A stretch of 50,366 nt of DNA, taken from assembly GCF_000315625.1 (NCBI RefSeq), contig NW_005434483.1, positions 42,569 through 92,934 of the forward strand, given 5' to 3'. The notes beneath the pieces are model-generated. The model ran no database searches. It was given only the letters and a program-made list of their open reading frames with translations, and was not told the DNA's origin. The number at the start of each line of letters is the position of its first letter. The first letter of the stretch is position 1. This DNA is from Guillardia theta CCMP2712 (lineage: Eukaryota > Protista > Cryptophyta). Of the stretch, positions 13,365-28,100 are shown piece by piece. A program made the position numbers and the translations under genes.

Positions 13365-13456
13365 GATCTTTATATACACGCAAAACACGCAAGGAAAGCT
13401 CCGCATGCTCCAACGCTATCGTGAGGTTCAGAGGAGCTCAATCTTGGCTTATGGGC

Positions 13457-15001
13457 TCAAGAGGAAGGGACTCCCGCCCACACGTAGTGCAGGGAGTGAG
13501 CTCCTTGCCCGTTAAAGCGGGAGGACGCGCATCGGGTGTAGGCTCCCATGTTGGAGAACCAGAGCCAGTCGCCGACCGAGAGGTCGGGAAGGCGCGTGCA
13601 GCCCATGACCACGTCGATGCTGTCACAGGTGGGCCCGAAGAGCTTGGTGGGGACGAGGAAGGGAAGGTCCGCCTTCTTGCCCAGCACTTGCGGGGTCAGG
13701 ATGGCATGATCGAACACGACACAGTTGAAGGACCCGTAGCATCCGTCGCTGATGTAGAGAGCCACGTCCGGTGTCGAGTCAACAGAGGTCTCCTCGGCCT
13801 TCTTGAAGCCAGAGTCCTCCTCCTCCTCGACCTCCTTCCCTGCCCTCGCTCCGAACGACTCGATCTCCGCAGTGCCCGTCAGCTGATCTGCTGTGAGCTG
13901 GCGCTTGGCAATAACAGCGACGGCGTAGGTGTGGCTGGCAGCGACCATGTAACGCCCAGGCTCGGCGATGATCTGAACGCCGGAGGAGGGAGGGAAGTAG
14001 TGGTCGATGGCGTTGGCGAGAATCTCCGCCACCTCCCTGAAGGTGAAGTGACCGTCATCAGAGCCGGGGAACCCTCCGCCGCAGTCCAGAAGGAAGGGAG
14101 CGAAGCCGTAGGCCTCGGCCATGTCGAAGGCGTCGCGAGCAGAGGCGACGGCATCGGAAAAAGCCTTGACGTCTCCACATCCTGACCCTACGTGGAAGCT
14201 GAAGCCTGCGATGTCGAGCCCGAGGGTCTTGGCAACCTGCAGAAGCTTCTCCCACTCATGCTGTGCAGCTCCAAACTTGGAGTTGAAGCGGCAGACAGAC
14301 TTGGAGTCGTCGACGGCGATGCGCAGGACGATCTGAGCAGCAGGGAAGATGCTTGCGATCTTGTGAAGCTCCTCCACATTGTCTGCCGTCATCTTCCTCA
14401 CCCCTTTGTCCTTGGCGTAGCGGAGCATCGCCTCGGCCTTGCATGGGTTCGCGTAGATGATGCGCTCCGGTTCCACTCCCATGTTGAGTGCGAACTCAAT
14501 CTCGGGCTTTGACGCGCAATCGAAGCCGCAGCCTGAGAGCGCGAGGAGCTTGCAGATGAAGGAGTCGTTGTTGCACTTGATGGCGTAGAAGGGCTGTACC
14601 CGCGGCATGAAGCTCTTCCAGTCGTTGAGCTTCTTCAGCACCATGCTGAGGTCGATGATGTAGAAGGGATCTTGGTCCTCGGACTCCGCACAGATGTCCA
14701 TGATGAGCTCGGCTGTGTTGTAGCCTGAGGGAACCACCCGCACGCTGTTCTCTGCGAGGACCATCTCCACTCCCTTGGAGCTTACGAAGGTGTCGAGACC
14801 CCACGAGTCTTGGATGGAGATTTTGTCCTCCAGGCTGTGGGCCAAACTGTCGGACCCGTTGCCTGACTCGTCACTCGTCTCCGACAGAGCCTCATCGAGG
14901 GTCTTGACAGGCACTAGAGGAGACTCGGAGATGATCTCTGTCACGATGGCCTCCTGGATCGTGGTATCATTCTCGATGACCGAAATTTCTTGTGCGTCCA
15001 T
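13457..15001 (-). CDS. ODC: Ornithine decarboxylase (fold-type III PLP enzyme), intronless, 514 aa
   Basis: PFYAIKCN (PLP lysine), FHVGSGC, DCGGGFPG, AEPGRY, DGCYGSFN, GPTCDSID (catalytic Cys) and MGAYT. First ATG at 15001. Confidence 0.93.
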   Translation of the reverse strand: MDAQEISVIENDTTIQEAIVTEIISESPLVPVKTLDEALSETSDESGNGSDSLAHSLEDKISIQDSWGLDTFVSSKGVEMVLAENSVRVVPSGYNTAELIMDICAESEDQDPFYIIDLSMVLKKLNDWKSFMPRVQPFYAIKCNNDSFICKLLALSGCGFDCASKPEIEFALNMGVEPERIIYANPCKAEAMLRYAKDKGVRKMTADNVEELHKIASIFPAAQIVLRIAVDDSKSVCRFNSKFGAAQHEWEKLLQVAKTLGLDIAGFSFHVGSGCGDVKAFSDAVASARDAFDMAEAYGFAPFLLDCGGGFPGSDDGHFTFREVAEILANAIDHYFPPSSGVQIIAEPGRYMVAASHTYAVAVIAKRQLTADQLTGTAEIESFGARAGKEVEEEEDSGFKKAEETSVDSTPDVALYISDGCYGSFNCVVFDHAILTPQVLGKKADLPFLVPTKLFGPTCDSIDVVMGCTRLPDLSVGDWLWFSNMGAYTRCASSRFNGQGAHSLHYVWAGVPSS

Positions 15002-15649
15002 ACCAAGCAAGGTCAAGGATTCGTTTGTGTGGATTTCCTAAATTTTCGAAAAACTTGAAGCAAAACGAAGGGTTGTGCGGAGGGATCACAAAATCCGACG
15101 GGATCCAGTGACGCTTTTGACGAGAAGCTGGAGTTCGCTTGTTCAAGCACAAGCAAGGACAGCAGTAGAGATCGAGGAGGTGGAGCAAAGAGCCAAGAGC
15201 TGAAAGCGCAAGGAGCAGTGTCAACGGGGAGGCGGAGCGTGCGGAGAGACGGTGCGCAGAAGTTTTCTTGATCCCTGTCGGGGGCGCGTGAAGTAAGAGG
15301 GGGAGAAGCGAAGGTGGGGAATTACCACAATAAAATTGCATGTATGGGCCTATTTTAAAATACAAATCGGAAAAGTTCACAAAAATGACGATCGAAATAT
15401 CAAATAAAAGAGAAATGTTTGAATGAGCGTGCTGAAATTTGGGCACTGTCAGGACCCTTTCGATTGTAAACCTTTATTTCTTGACTTTTAAAGGCGGATC
15501 TTCATAATGTTTATATTAATTTTAACATCTTAAATTGTTTTTATTACCCTGATGCTAGATTGAATAATCACTCAATAACATGTGCAGTCGTCTTTTATAA
15601 ATATCATATTTCAATGTATAAAATGAGTAGTAAAATTCAGTCCTCAACA

Positions 15650-16640
15650 TGTACTACCCCTACCCCCAAGGTTCTAGCTAAGTAGTACCCTACCCCAGAC
15701 TTTTGCAATCCATACCACCCCCCTTGAGCTTCACATTCTTGTGCTCCTCCCCCAAACAAATCTCCCTTCTCCACCCACCACCATTGTACCCACCCTTCTC
15801 TTATTTTTGGTACCCCACCTCCAAAATCCTCACTTCTTGTCTAGTTCAACCGGTCAAAGACCCCGATTGTTGCCGGATTCAATTTTGACTACCTTACCCT
15901 ACCACCCTACCGTACTCCGTGTACCCTACCCTATAGGAAATAAGCACCAACTTACTTGGACACCCCACCCTCCATCTCTCGTTTTCCACCCCCATTGCAC
16001 CCCAACTCTACACTCTGATGGGTCCATCGCGCATTCATTCAAACTCTGCCACCATTTCCTGCCCCACCCCTACCTTCTACCTCACTACCCTACTATTGCC
16101 CTCACCCTACCCACGTCTGGGTGCTACCCCTAGGGAGGCTAAATGACCCCTGGCACCCTCTTGTCCACCTCCCCGATATCCAATTCCCCTTCTAGCTTCC
16201 ATCCTAAAGCACCTCTCACTCAACTACCCCCTGCATGACACAGTACCCCACGAACGAACAGCTCTTTGCTTGTTCATCTTGGGAGTACCCGTTATATTCA
16301 GTGAAAATACCCCCACCCTAGACAATAATAACCCACCCCAATCTGAAGAGTACCCCTTAATTCACTTCAGGTACCCCATCACTGTCGGGTGACCTCGCCG
16401 CATGCGTCTACTCTGCCCATCGTCGTCATCACGCAGTAGAGGACTACATGCGACCCGCAAAGCCATCACCCACCCTCCTCTTTGAACAACCCTCTGCCTT
16501 CTTGTTGTCCACTTCAAACACACCGGGTCCTGTCGCTAGATATCGATATTCACCGGTGGTGATCAAAGAGCGAGATTTGGAACCCTGACGATGACTACCC
16601 CCCGGATCCGATCAATGGGTACCCCCTGACCCACAACCAT
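15650..16640. promoter_or_regulatory. Cluster of TACCC(C) motifs upstream of ODC (putative regulatory)
   Basis: Many TACCC/TACCCC words on the + strand (GGGTA on the ODC sense strand) in non-coding DNA. Function is inferred. Confidence 0.4.
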
Positions 16641-16659
16641 CGCAATTATTCCCCCAAGT

Positions 16660-17232
16660 TTGAAGTTTCCCCGGGCATGCCGAGCACAGCGGCAGGAGAA
16701 ACTTGGTGACCGTTCGATCAAACCCGGCGGCCTCCGACGGACTGCTCCGAGGCCGGCGCTCTCGACCGTGCCGCCCCCGCGGCCGCGACCGAGTCAGGGC
16801 CTCACGGTAGTGACTCAGCGGCTAGCCAGCCGCGTCACCGGGTGACCGTAGGCTCTCCCGAGTCCGTGACTCCGCGGCCTCTCCGGGCACTGAGGGGGGT
16901 CCACTTCGATACGTGACTTCAGGCCGGCGAGAGGAGACGATCTTTGCGTCCACCTGAGTGCACCCGGTGACCGTCGGAACTTCTGCCGCCGCCGCATGAT
17001 ACTGTATCCGAGTATCACGGTATCCTGAGTCCCGGGTCGTGCTGCTCGACGCACGACGGTCAGACCGGGCGCCGCGGCGGCTTCCGAGCCTGGCAAGTTC
17101 AAGTTCTCAACCCGAGCATCAGGCCCACGGTGATCCAGGACTCGGGAGCTGTTTGCGCGCGGCCCGGCCGGCGAGGGTAGAGCTTCACACTGAGAGTCAA
17201 GTTCAGACCGTAGGTCGCCGCCGGCCATCGTG
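16660..17232. other. GC-rich intergenic island 2 (left half of an island split by the TIR element)
   Basis: Same word vocabulary as island 1. Shares AAGTTCAAGTTC (17095-17106) with 8088-8099. Confidence 0.7.
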
Positions 17233-17235
17233 ATG

Positions 17236-19853
17236 CATTCCATGGTATTTTCTAATGCTCGCTTTTGATCATTTTCGAGCGGGGTACCTCAGCCCAGGAT
17301 TTTTGAATGGTCGGCGCACCGAAAATTTGTACCAGAAACTTCGATAATGGTTGAAAGTATGTTTGAATCGGGGACCGTGTCGAGCAGTTTTAGGTTTACA
17401 AGTATTCTTGCTTCCTCCAAACAACAAGGTTTCAAACATTAAAACTATTTTTGACCTTACACGCTTTTACACGCCTGGGGGGTGCATATACAACCAAATC
17501 GCCTGCCCTACCCTTCCCCCATTGCTGCATCCCCACCCGCCGGCGCAGGCGGCGTTTGTTTGAATCCAAGATGGCTCTCAGCCAATGGCTCTTTCATCGT
17601 ATTCAAGCTCCAGGCCATCCAAGGTTGGATCATGTGTGAATGTTTGTACTTTTTGCGGCATACTGCAAGACGACATTTCAAACAGCTCGAGCTTGTTTTT
17701 CAAAGGAAGCTGTAGGAATCAGCATCGCCATGGATTCCAGGGCCTAGGGCTGTTTTCGAATCCTTTTGATGCTCATTGTAAGATGGAGAATTGCTCGTTT
17801 TTGGTGATCAAGCATCCACAACCCTCTTTCGTATGATTGAGCTTCGAGCACATCTCTGACTGTAGAGTTGTTTGGTGTCAAGATTGTTTCTCGTAAAGGA
17901 TCTCTCTGATTAGGCAATTTATTGTTGTTTTGGTTGGCATTCTACAAGACCCATACTTCCTCCTCTCTGTGTCAACCAAGCACATAAGCATAAGGCATGT
18001 CAGTCGTGTAGGCAACTTGATTGCAAATAGATCGCAAGTGTAAGATCGATGAACTATTCAACGCCATGAATGCCGGATGTGAATGAACTTCCCTCAGGAC
18101 TTCTCAGTATCAGAACCAGCGAGCTAAGACATAAGGTAGAGTCTCCATTGAATATCATTCCTGCGAATGTAATGTTTTTATCAGTTGTGGGGAAGAGAAG
18201 CATGGAGACAAGCGGGTGCCCAAGCGAATAGGAGCATCTTGCGGATGTAGGTTTGGACAAAGACGGCGATGATTCCGAGGTTGTGAAACAGGCAGCGAAA
18301 AGATGCTGAGGTTTTCGGAGTTCATAAACATGGCTTGTGACGAGCATGTCACACGTAAAGCGATGGAAAACAACAAACAAAAATTGTAAAGCAATCGAAA
18401 GCAACGAAAATCAATGGAAAACAACAAACAAAAATTCTTCTCAAAGGTCTCACTCTTTGACTTCAACCACTGATTGAACATCTTTTTGACCTCGGTCATA
18501 TCTCGACAAATCCGATTGTACTCCGCCACTGAACAGAAAGTTGTTTGCGCCATCTTTTCAACGAGTGGTGCCGGGTTTGCAATCGAGAAGTGAGAGATTT
18601 CACAGTATTTATTATTTTCGATGTCGTCTTCATGAAAAAATATATACCCATGCACTCTGAAATTATCGTGGAGATCATCGTTGGCATGCTCCAACATGCA
18701 AGGAAAGCTGAAGAAAAACATTTTTGGTATAGCATTTATTTCATCCGTATCCTTGTAAATTGATTGATAACAATCACGGTTTCCAACTTTGTTCAAAATT
18801 CTTTTCAGGGCCACACAGGGCACTCGATTAGTTATAATGGTTTCGTCTACATGTTCCAAGAGGACTCGATTGTACATGATGTACACTTCGACAACCTGTG
18901 CATCTGAGTGCAGCGATTTGATCATGCCCAGTCGATTCACTTCAACGCCCCTGTGATCTTCACACTGATATTGAACCCCTGTGCCAGGCTCAAGTATGAT
19001 ATTCAAATTACTGCCTGGCTTTTTCCAGTACATCCTGGGCAAGTCTCGATCATCAACTGACGTATGCAGGTTCATTCGAGCTTCAAATCTTCAGGTGTCT
19101 TTGACTCATCACAAGTCTCTTCCTGCTCCAAGAATGTATCGAAATCTTCCTGCCTTCGCCTTCTCTGAATTCCATTTGTTGCTGATACACGACGGTGAAG
19201 ATTCATTTGTTTGGTGTCTATAACTGGAGCGCAAGGGAAAGGGAAGCAACGGGGAGGGAGGGGAGCAGGGGGGAGGGAGGGAGCAGGGAGGAAGGGAGGC
19301 GAGCAGGGGGGGAGGGAGGGAGGGAGAAGAGCATGGAAGGAGGAGGGGAGGGATACTTGCAATGGAGATCTCAGGATTTTTAATGAAAATTATTTGCTCT
19401 TTGATCGGGGGCAAGGGGACCTGTGTTTCGGTGGCACCCTATAGACATAGGGTAGGTATCCATATAAAACAACCGGTGTAGAAAAAAAAGATTGCCGTTG
19501 CTAGCTGGCATACGACTCCTTGATTTGAAAACAAAAATACTTATTGGCTAGATTTACTACACTCGTCAATGGCTGACACTAATAAGATTTCATGAGCGTG
19601 TATCGAAATATACGAATAACCCTACCCCCTCCATATTAGACAAACATACCGGTACACAGGGCAGAGAGCAGCCAAGAGGCGTGTAAGCCGGAACTCAAAT
19701 GCTTAAAACGAATATAAAAGAGTACTGAGTGGTACAAATCATTCTGGTACAAAATTGACTAAAAACTGTATGCTTATGATCAAATTAACAGGTACAAGTG
19801 TTTGTTAAAAGGATATAAGTTTATAATTGGGCATTAGAAAATACCATGGAATG
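17236..19853. mobile_element. Non-autonomous TIR DNA transposon (CA...TG ends, 3-bp TSD; CACTA/CMC-like)
   Basis: CATTCCATGGTATTTTCTAATGC at 17236-17258 is the exact reverse complement of 19831-19853. ATG flanks both ends (17233-35 and 19854-56). The AT-rich interior interrupts a GC island. Confidence 0.85.
18155..19075 (-). CDS. Unknown ORF carried inside the TIR element, possibly degenerate
   Basis: 306-codon ORF in AT-rich DNA with no recognisable DDE transposase motif. An internal 51-bp-period duplication repeats NFCLLFSI. Confidence 0.45.
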   Translation of the reverse strand: MNLHTSVDDRDLPRMYWKKPGSNLNIILEPGTGVQYQCEDHRGVEVNRLGMIKSLHSDAQVVEVYIMYNRVLLEHVDETIITNRVPCVALKRILNKVGNRDCYQSIYKDTDEINAIPKMFFFSFPCMLEHANDDLHDNFRVHGYIFFHEDDIENNKYCEISHFSIANPAPLVEKMAQTTFCSVAEYNRICRDMTEVKKMFNQWLKSKSETFEKNFCLLFSIDFRCFRLLYNFCLLFSIALRVTCSSQAMFMNSENLSIFSLPVSQPRNHRRLCPNLHPQDAPIRLGTRLSPCFSSPQLIKTLHSQE

Positions 19854-19856
19854 ATG

Positions 19857-20260
19857 CACTGAGGACCGTCTTTAGTACTACGGCTACGAGCTGGTGCAGG
19901 CGAGGCGGCACCAGTGGTGCGGCTCAGTGTCTCCCGGACCGTGACTCCCCTAGTAGTACTGTTATGACCTCAGGCCCGGTCAGTGGAGGCCTCAGTGAGC
20001 CCCGGCCCGGGCCCGGGCCCGCCGGTGGCCGCCCGGTCCGACGGTCACTGCCGGGCCCAGTCACGGTGACCGCGGCGTACGGCCCGGGACTCACCGTAGG
20101 CTGACCGTCGTGGTTGAACCGCACCCGGCCCGGCCGCCCGCGGCATTGTACGGTCTCCGGTGACCGGGCCGGCCCACCGTGCCGGGGAGTCGGTGCCGGC
20201 GGCGGCAGTGGCCCGGCATCCGAGTCACATGATCACACCGTCCGATCACTCGGAACTCGC
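19857..20260. other. GC-rich intergenic island 3 (right half of the split island)
   Basis: CCGG/GGCC/GTSAC/GTAC-rich block starting directly after the TSD. Confidence 0.7.
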
Positions 20261-20733
20261 AAGAGCACAAGTTACTCAAAGTTAACTTAAAAATCAGTAC
20301 GAGGACAATCAGGAGAGTAAAACTTCTAGTCAGGTGACGGAGGGCAAAATTTACTCAAAGTTAAGTTAAATAGCATTTGGAACGATATGATAATTTTCAG
20401 CTTATAGTACCAGTAAATACAGTTGATAATTTGATTGCGGCAGTCCAGATCGTACCGAGCTTATGGTATCTCGTACATCTCCTTACAAATATTTAAAATT
20501 TGGCCTCTTCCAGATGCGACCCTCCTTTGCTGGTGTACAGAATACTATTGGGGGTGATCAATTGATGCAGAAGAATTGAGGTAGGGTTCTTGATGAAGGG
20601 AAGAGGAGGGGTATTTTTAGCATGACGGTTCGGGTAAATCAACAGGGGCAGTTCGGGGTGTGTCAGAGGGTAGGGATGTCAGTGAAATGGGTGGGGTGGT
20701 TGGTCTACACAACAACAATGTTTGATGGAGTTA

Positions 20734-21764
20734 TGGCGATGTGGAAGCAGGGGACGACGTTGACGTTGATATGGCTGAACCTCGTGGCTGTTGATGGCTT
20801 CATGCAAGTTTCGCAGTCTTCTCAGGGTCCGATCTCTTGTCGCAGTTGTTACAGCAAGCTTTCTGGCGATTTATTTCCTCGCTCGTCGATGTTGACGTCA
20901 TCGATGTACGAATGGGATAACGTAAACAGGCACGGGCCGTACTCCCAAGCGCACAGATATGGGCATCAGGCGATGGATCGCAATCGAGTACATGCACTGC
21001 GCATGTGTGACCGAGATTTCTTCGGTCCCAACGAATGCTCAGTTAGAAGCGAAGCAGATTGCTCCACGCCCTACCAACTGAAGCAGGATTCATTTGATCT
21101 AATCAGAAATATCCCGCGCAATGCGTTGCCTGAGAATATTCCTCTGAAGAATCTCTTTGGTGTTCATCTCAAGGAACAACAACATCCGGAACATTCTCTT
21201 CAGGTAACAAAGAGTGCCAAGAAATGTGCGCCTCTGACCCTTTTACAGCATCGAATCAAGATCTTCGCATCTGATGTGGAAAGAGAGATTGCATTCTGGA
21301 CTCGAGGACTTGGCATGACCGTCTTCACGGAAGAATCCTCAATATTGCTGAGCTATGATGATATCACTGCTTACTACACTTCCCCGGAGAGTCGAGGCAA
21401 CGGACATCGAGATGAACCGTCGAACATATTGGAGCTTGTCGAAGGCAACCAAGTGGACAAGACCAGGAACCCTGAGCTGAAGCAGCAACTCTACATTCAG
21501 ATTCCTTTCCGACCTAACCTGCTGGATGATATCAAGAAGGTCAGTGCTGCGGTTGTGCTTGAAAAGTTCTGACTGAAGTTGCGGTTACAGACTGGTGGCT
21601 CGATTGCAAGCAGAAGCAGAGAATTGCCCTTCGATCTCTATTCAAGCGCCACAAATGCTGGCAAGAAGATTTCCATCTCCTCTCCTGCAGGCCAAGAGGT
21701 CTATCTCAAGTTGTCGAGCTTTGCTCTCCCTGTCTCCCCAGTTCTCCTGTGTAATCCAAACTAA
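20734..21764 (+). CDS. Plastid-targeted VOC/glyoxalase-like protein (2 exons)
   Basis: Signal peptide ...LVAVDG|F followed by a Ser-rich transit region. VOC-like motif HRIKIFASDVEREIAFWTRGLGM. Intron at about 21540-21590. Confidence 0.6.
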
Positions 21765-21789
21765 TCTTGAGTCTCAAGATTGTGTACAT

Positions 21790-22501
21790 TACTAAATGCT
21801 GTATCATACTGCCTGTCTGTCGGAGCATTCCTTCGACCCTCTCCTCGATCAGCTTGACTTCTGACGTTCACCTCGTTGGGCTCAGCAGAGGGCCGCAATC
21901 ATCGGCATGCGTTCACTTGGAGCTGTGCTTCACCTCTTGGAAGATCTCCAACATCTTCTCCTCATTCACATCTCGAAACACTTCCAGTGGTCCTCCCGGA
22001 AATTCTTCCACTGCAACCTGACAGGTTGAGGTCAAAAGAATGCAATCAGAGAGAGGCAGAGACAGTCAGGACAGGAATAGCAAGAGGAGAGGTTCAACAG
22101 GTTCGAAGAGAAGAAAAGCGCAAAGAAGACAAGCCGCATCTGGATAATCAGAAGCTTACCGCCGGGCCTAGTCCACACATCCCCAAACAACCTGTAGATT
22201 TGCAAGTAATGCCCTCCGGTTTGTTGGAACGAGCATATTTCAACAGATCAGATGAGCCACAGCTATCGCAGTCATCTCCTGTGCATACCAAAATCACTGA
22301 TCCACTGTCTTGCGACATTTTGATCTGACGCTGAAAAATCGAACAATTACATCTGCATCGCGACCATGCTTGTTTCACATCGGTGCTTCTCTTCATGGGA
22401 AAATGTGGTTTTGAGGAGTGCAATCGGAAAGGCGCTGCATTGAAACATTGGCAACAATGAATCCAACTGACGAAGGCGAGGAGAAACTGATAGACTTTCA
22501 T
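21790..22501 (-). CDS. Plastid-targeted thioredoxin-like [2Fe-2S] ferredoxin; 3' end approximate
   Basis: VCTGDDCDSCGS...STGCLGMCGLGP fits the C-x4-C...C-x3-C pattern of Trx-like ferredoxins. Signal peptide ...CQC|F. Confidence 0.75.
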
Positions 22502-22611
22502 ACTTCTTCCTGGCCAATCCCTTCTGATTTATCGCTTCTAACTTGTGTCCTCCCCCTCCCCCCCTCCTCCTCCCTCGCCTGCTCTGATTTGCTTGTCGGC
22601 CTCCACAGCTC

Positions 22612-23070
22612 ACTGAGTCAGTCCGATCGAGCCGCCCGGCCGCCGGCCGGGGTACGGTCCGACCCGGGCCGGCCCGGCCTGCATATCACTCAGGATACAG
22701 TGACTGGCCGCGGCCAGGCTACGAGTCAGTGCCCGGCGCTGCCGGGCCGCCGGGCCGCGCGGCCCGGGACTCCCGGCGGAGTCCGGAGGCGGCGGAGATC
22801 CGGGCCGTCGGATCGGACGAGAGTGTCACGGTTACGATTCACCGTGCGGCCCGGCATGGTGAGGCCGGTCAACGGTTCCGCTGGCCGCCGATACCGTACG
22901 GTACGGTCGGATCGGAGCCCCGGACGGGCCGTCGGAAGTTCCGAGCGACGAGCCTGTCCGACGGTCGCGCCGCCCCGGGCCTGGACTCCGGGAGGCTTCC
23001 GAACTTGAAGCTCGGAGGCTCGGACGATTAACCATTAGTACTTGACAAGTTCACTGAGTCAAGTCACTCA
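22612..23070. other. GC-rich intergenic island 4
   Basis: Same CCGG/GGCC/GASTC/CTSAG/AAGTT vocabulary, between the ferredoxin start and the COG5 stop. Confidence 0.7.
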
Positions 23071-23126
23071 TGGTAGGCTCATTCACTCAGGGTATGTACA
23101 GGTTTGACTCTTCATCCTCCATCCCT

Positions 23127-26386
<3,260 letters not shown>

Positions 26387-26398
26387 TTAGGACGGCAG

Positions 26399-27680
26399 AT
26401 GCCTCCCAGGTATCTCACGAGCATGATGAAGACGGGGAGGATCAAGCGCGTCAAGGTGTCTCATCTCATCCCTCACATCCCCTGCCTCACTGCCAGCAGG
26501 CTCTCACGCGGCAGTGGATCTCCAGCAACGGCACCCACCCCTCGCCTGACGACTTCCTGAACCTCCTCAAGCTCGCATCGCCCAGCAGAATCCCGGTGAG
26601 CCTCAACGAGAAGGTTCGCTCTGACGTGCCTGCAGCTGGTGCAGGAAGTGATCTGGATCTATGAGAGCTCCGAGAGCCTCGAGGTCGAGGATGGGGAGAG
26701 GATGCTGGTGGAAGCTGTCCTCCTCTACCTCCTCCACGTCGAGGGGCTGCAAGGTTGCTCCTCTCACTCGCTCCTTGTTCGCTGAGGCGACATGCAGACA
26801 TACTGCGAAGTGTCGACAAGCATCTCCGTCCTCCTCGCCGACTTGGCGTGACAGCAGAGACGCTCAAGGCCATCCTGCAGGTTCACTCGCCTCGCCGTGC
26901 TGTGATTGTGAGCCCTCGCAGGACATCACGGAGGAGCCTGTCAGCGACGAGGCGGTGGAGGCTGCGCATGGGATGTACCGCGAGCAGCAGCAGGAGGAGC
27001 CGTCGGCTCCAGACCCTCCCGCCCTCGCCCGCGCCGTGTCTGCGACCTTGTACCTGAGGTACAGGAAGGAAATCTGGTCGTCCCGCTACAGCAGGGAGGC
27101 GACGGCCTTCAGGCGGGGACAGCTTTACGTGGAGGGCTGGCTAGCGAGAATGCGCGGGTTCGTGAAGAAGTCGCTGAGACAGCAGAAGCCAAAGTCCAAG
27201 TTCCTCCTGCAGGCCTCCAGCAGCGTGCGGCAGCAGTCGACGGAGAAGTACGGGGTCACGGGGATCTGGGCAGGAAGGCAGCCGATGGAGGTGAAGGGGG
27301 TGGGAGGGGAGGAGGGCAGGGGTTGACGCTCGAGCGTCCTTGCTTCAGGTGAGAGGGCCGGAAGGGGAAGCAATCGTCTTGTGCGACTGCGGCTGCGGCG
27401 TCTCAGCTCCGGTAGACGTGGAGGGTCGAGGGGGTGAGAGCTGATGCTGATGGGGCTCAAGGCCGCAAGCTTCTACTGGCGCCTCACGCGATGCCCTCGG
27501 GATGGCCCCTCGCAGGTGAAGAAGAGGAGAGAAGGCGAGAAGGGGGAAAGAGAGGAGGAGGCCGAGGAAGACTGACGAGAGGAGCAGGAGTTCCTCGACT
27601 CCTTCCAACTCTCTGAGATCGAGTCAGGTCATCGCTTCCTCGTCCGCCAGTACCAGCCCTCCGCCCTCATCCGCACCTGA
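26399..27680 (+). CDS. Hypothetical multi-exon protein; ends approximate
   Basis: Phase-consistent GT-AG exons (MPPRYLTSMMKTGRIKRVK/ALTRQWISS...). No family recognised. Confidence 0.5.
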
Positions 27681-27739
27681 CTCCCTCCCTTGATACTTGT
27701 AGCCTCAAGTTACCTGCCTCTCTCTCCTAGTGAACTCCT

Positions 27740-28035
27740 GGCAGCACCGCTCACTCACTTGAAGTGCCACCGCCACCGTACTCAGAGGTCTCTCAGCCTG
27801 ACCCACTGCCTACTATTTTTAACTCCCAGTGATTATCATCCGCCGGGCCCTCAGCGGAGCTGAGCCCGGTCCTGGAGGCCCTCACTCAGAGCCTCGGCGG
27901 GCCCTGCCGGGGCTCAGTGTGCGGCCAGGCGGCGGCAGCCCCGGCCGGATATCCGGGACTGCCAGACTGAGAGGCCCGGCGCCGGGCGCCGCCCGGCGCG
28001 TGCGGCAGTTGTGCGACGGTCACTGCTGACCGTGT
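27740..28035. other. GC-rich intergenic island 5
   Basis: CCGG/GGCC/CTCAG-rich block between tandem genes. Confidence 0.6.
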
Positions 28036-28100
28036 GCGGAGGGACGGAATGTGTCAGAGTGGGGATGCGGACCATTCGGTTCTCACCAATTGCGCGTGCC

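Noticed and set aside
13361-14185. Long antisense ORFs opposite ODC, COG5 (24449-25702) and the acidic gene (28824-29837)
   Set aside because: These are shadow frames of GC3-rich or low-complexity coding sequence.
13457-15001. Catalytically dead antizyme-inhibitor-like ODC paralog
   Set aside because: The PLP Lys, catalytic Cys and Gly-loop motifs are all intact.
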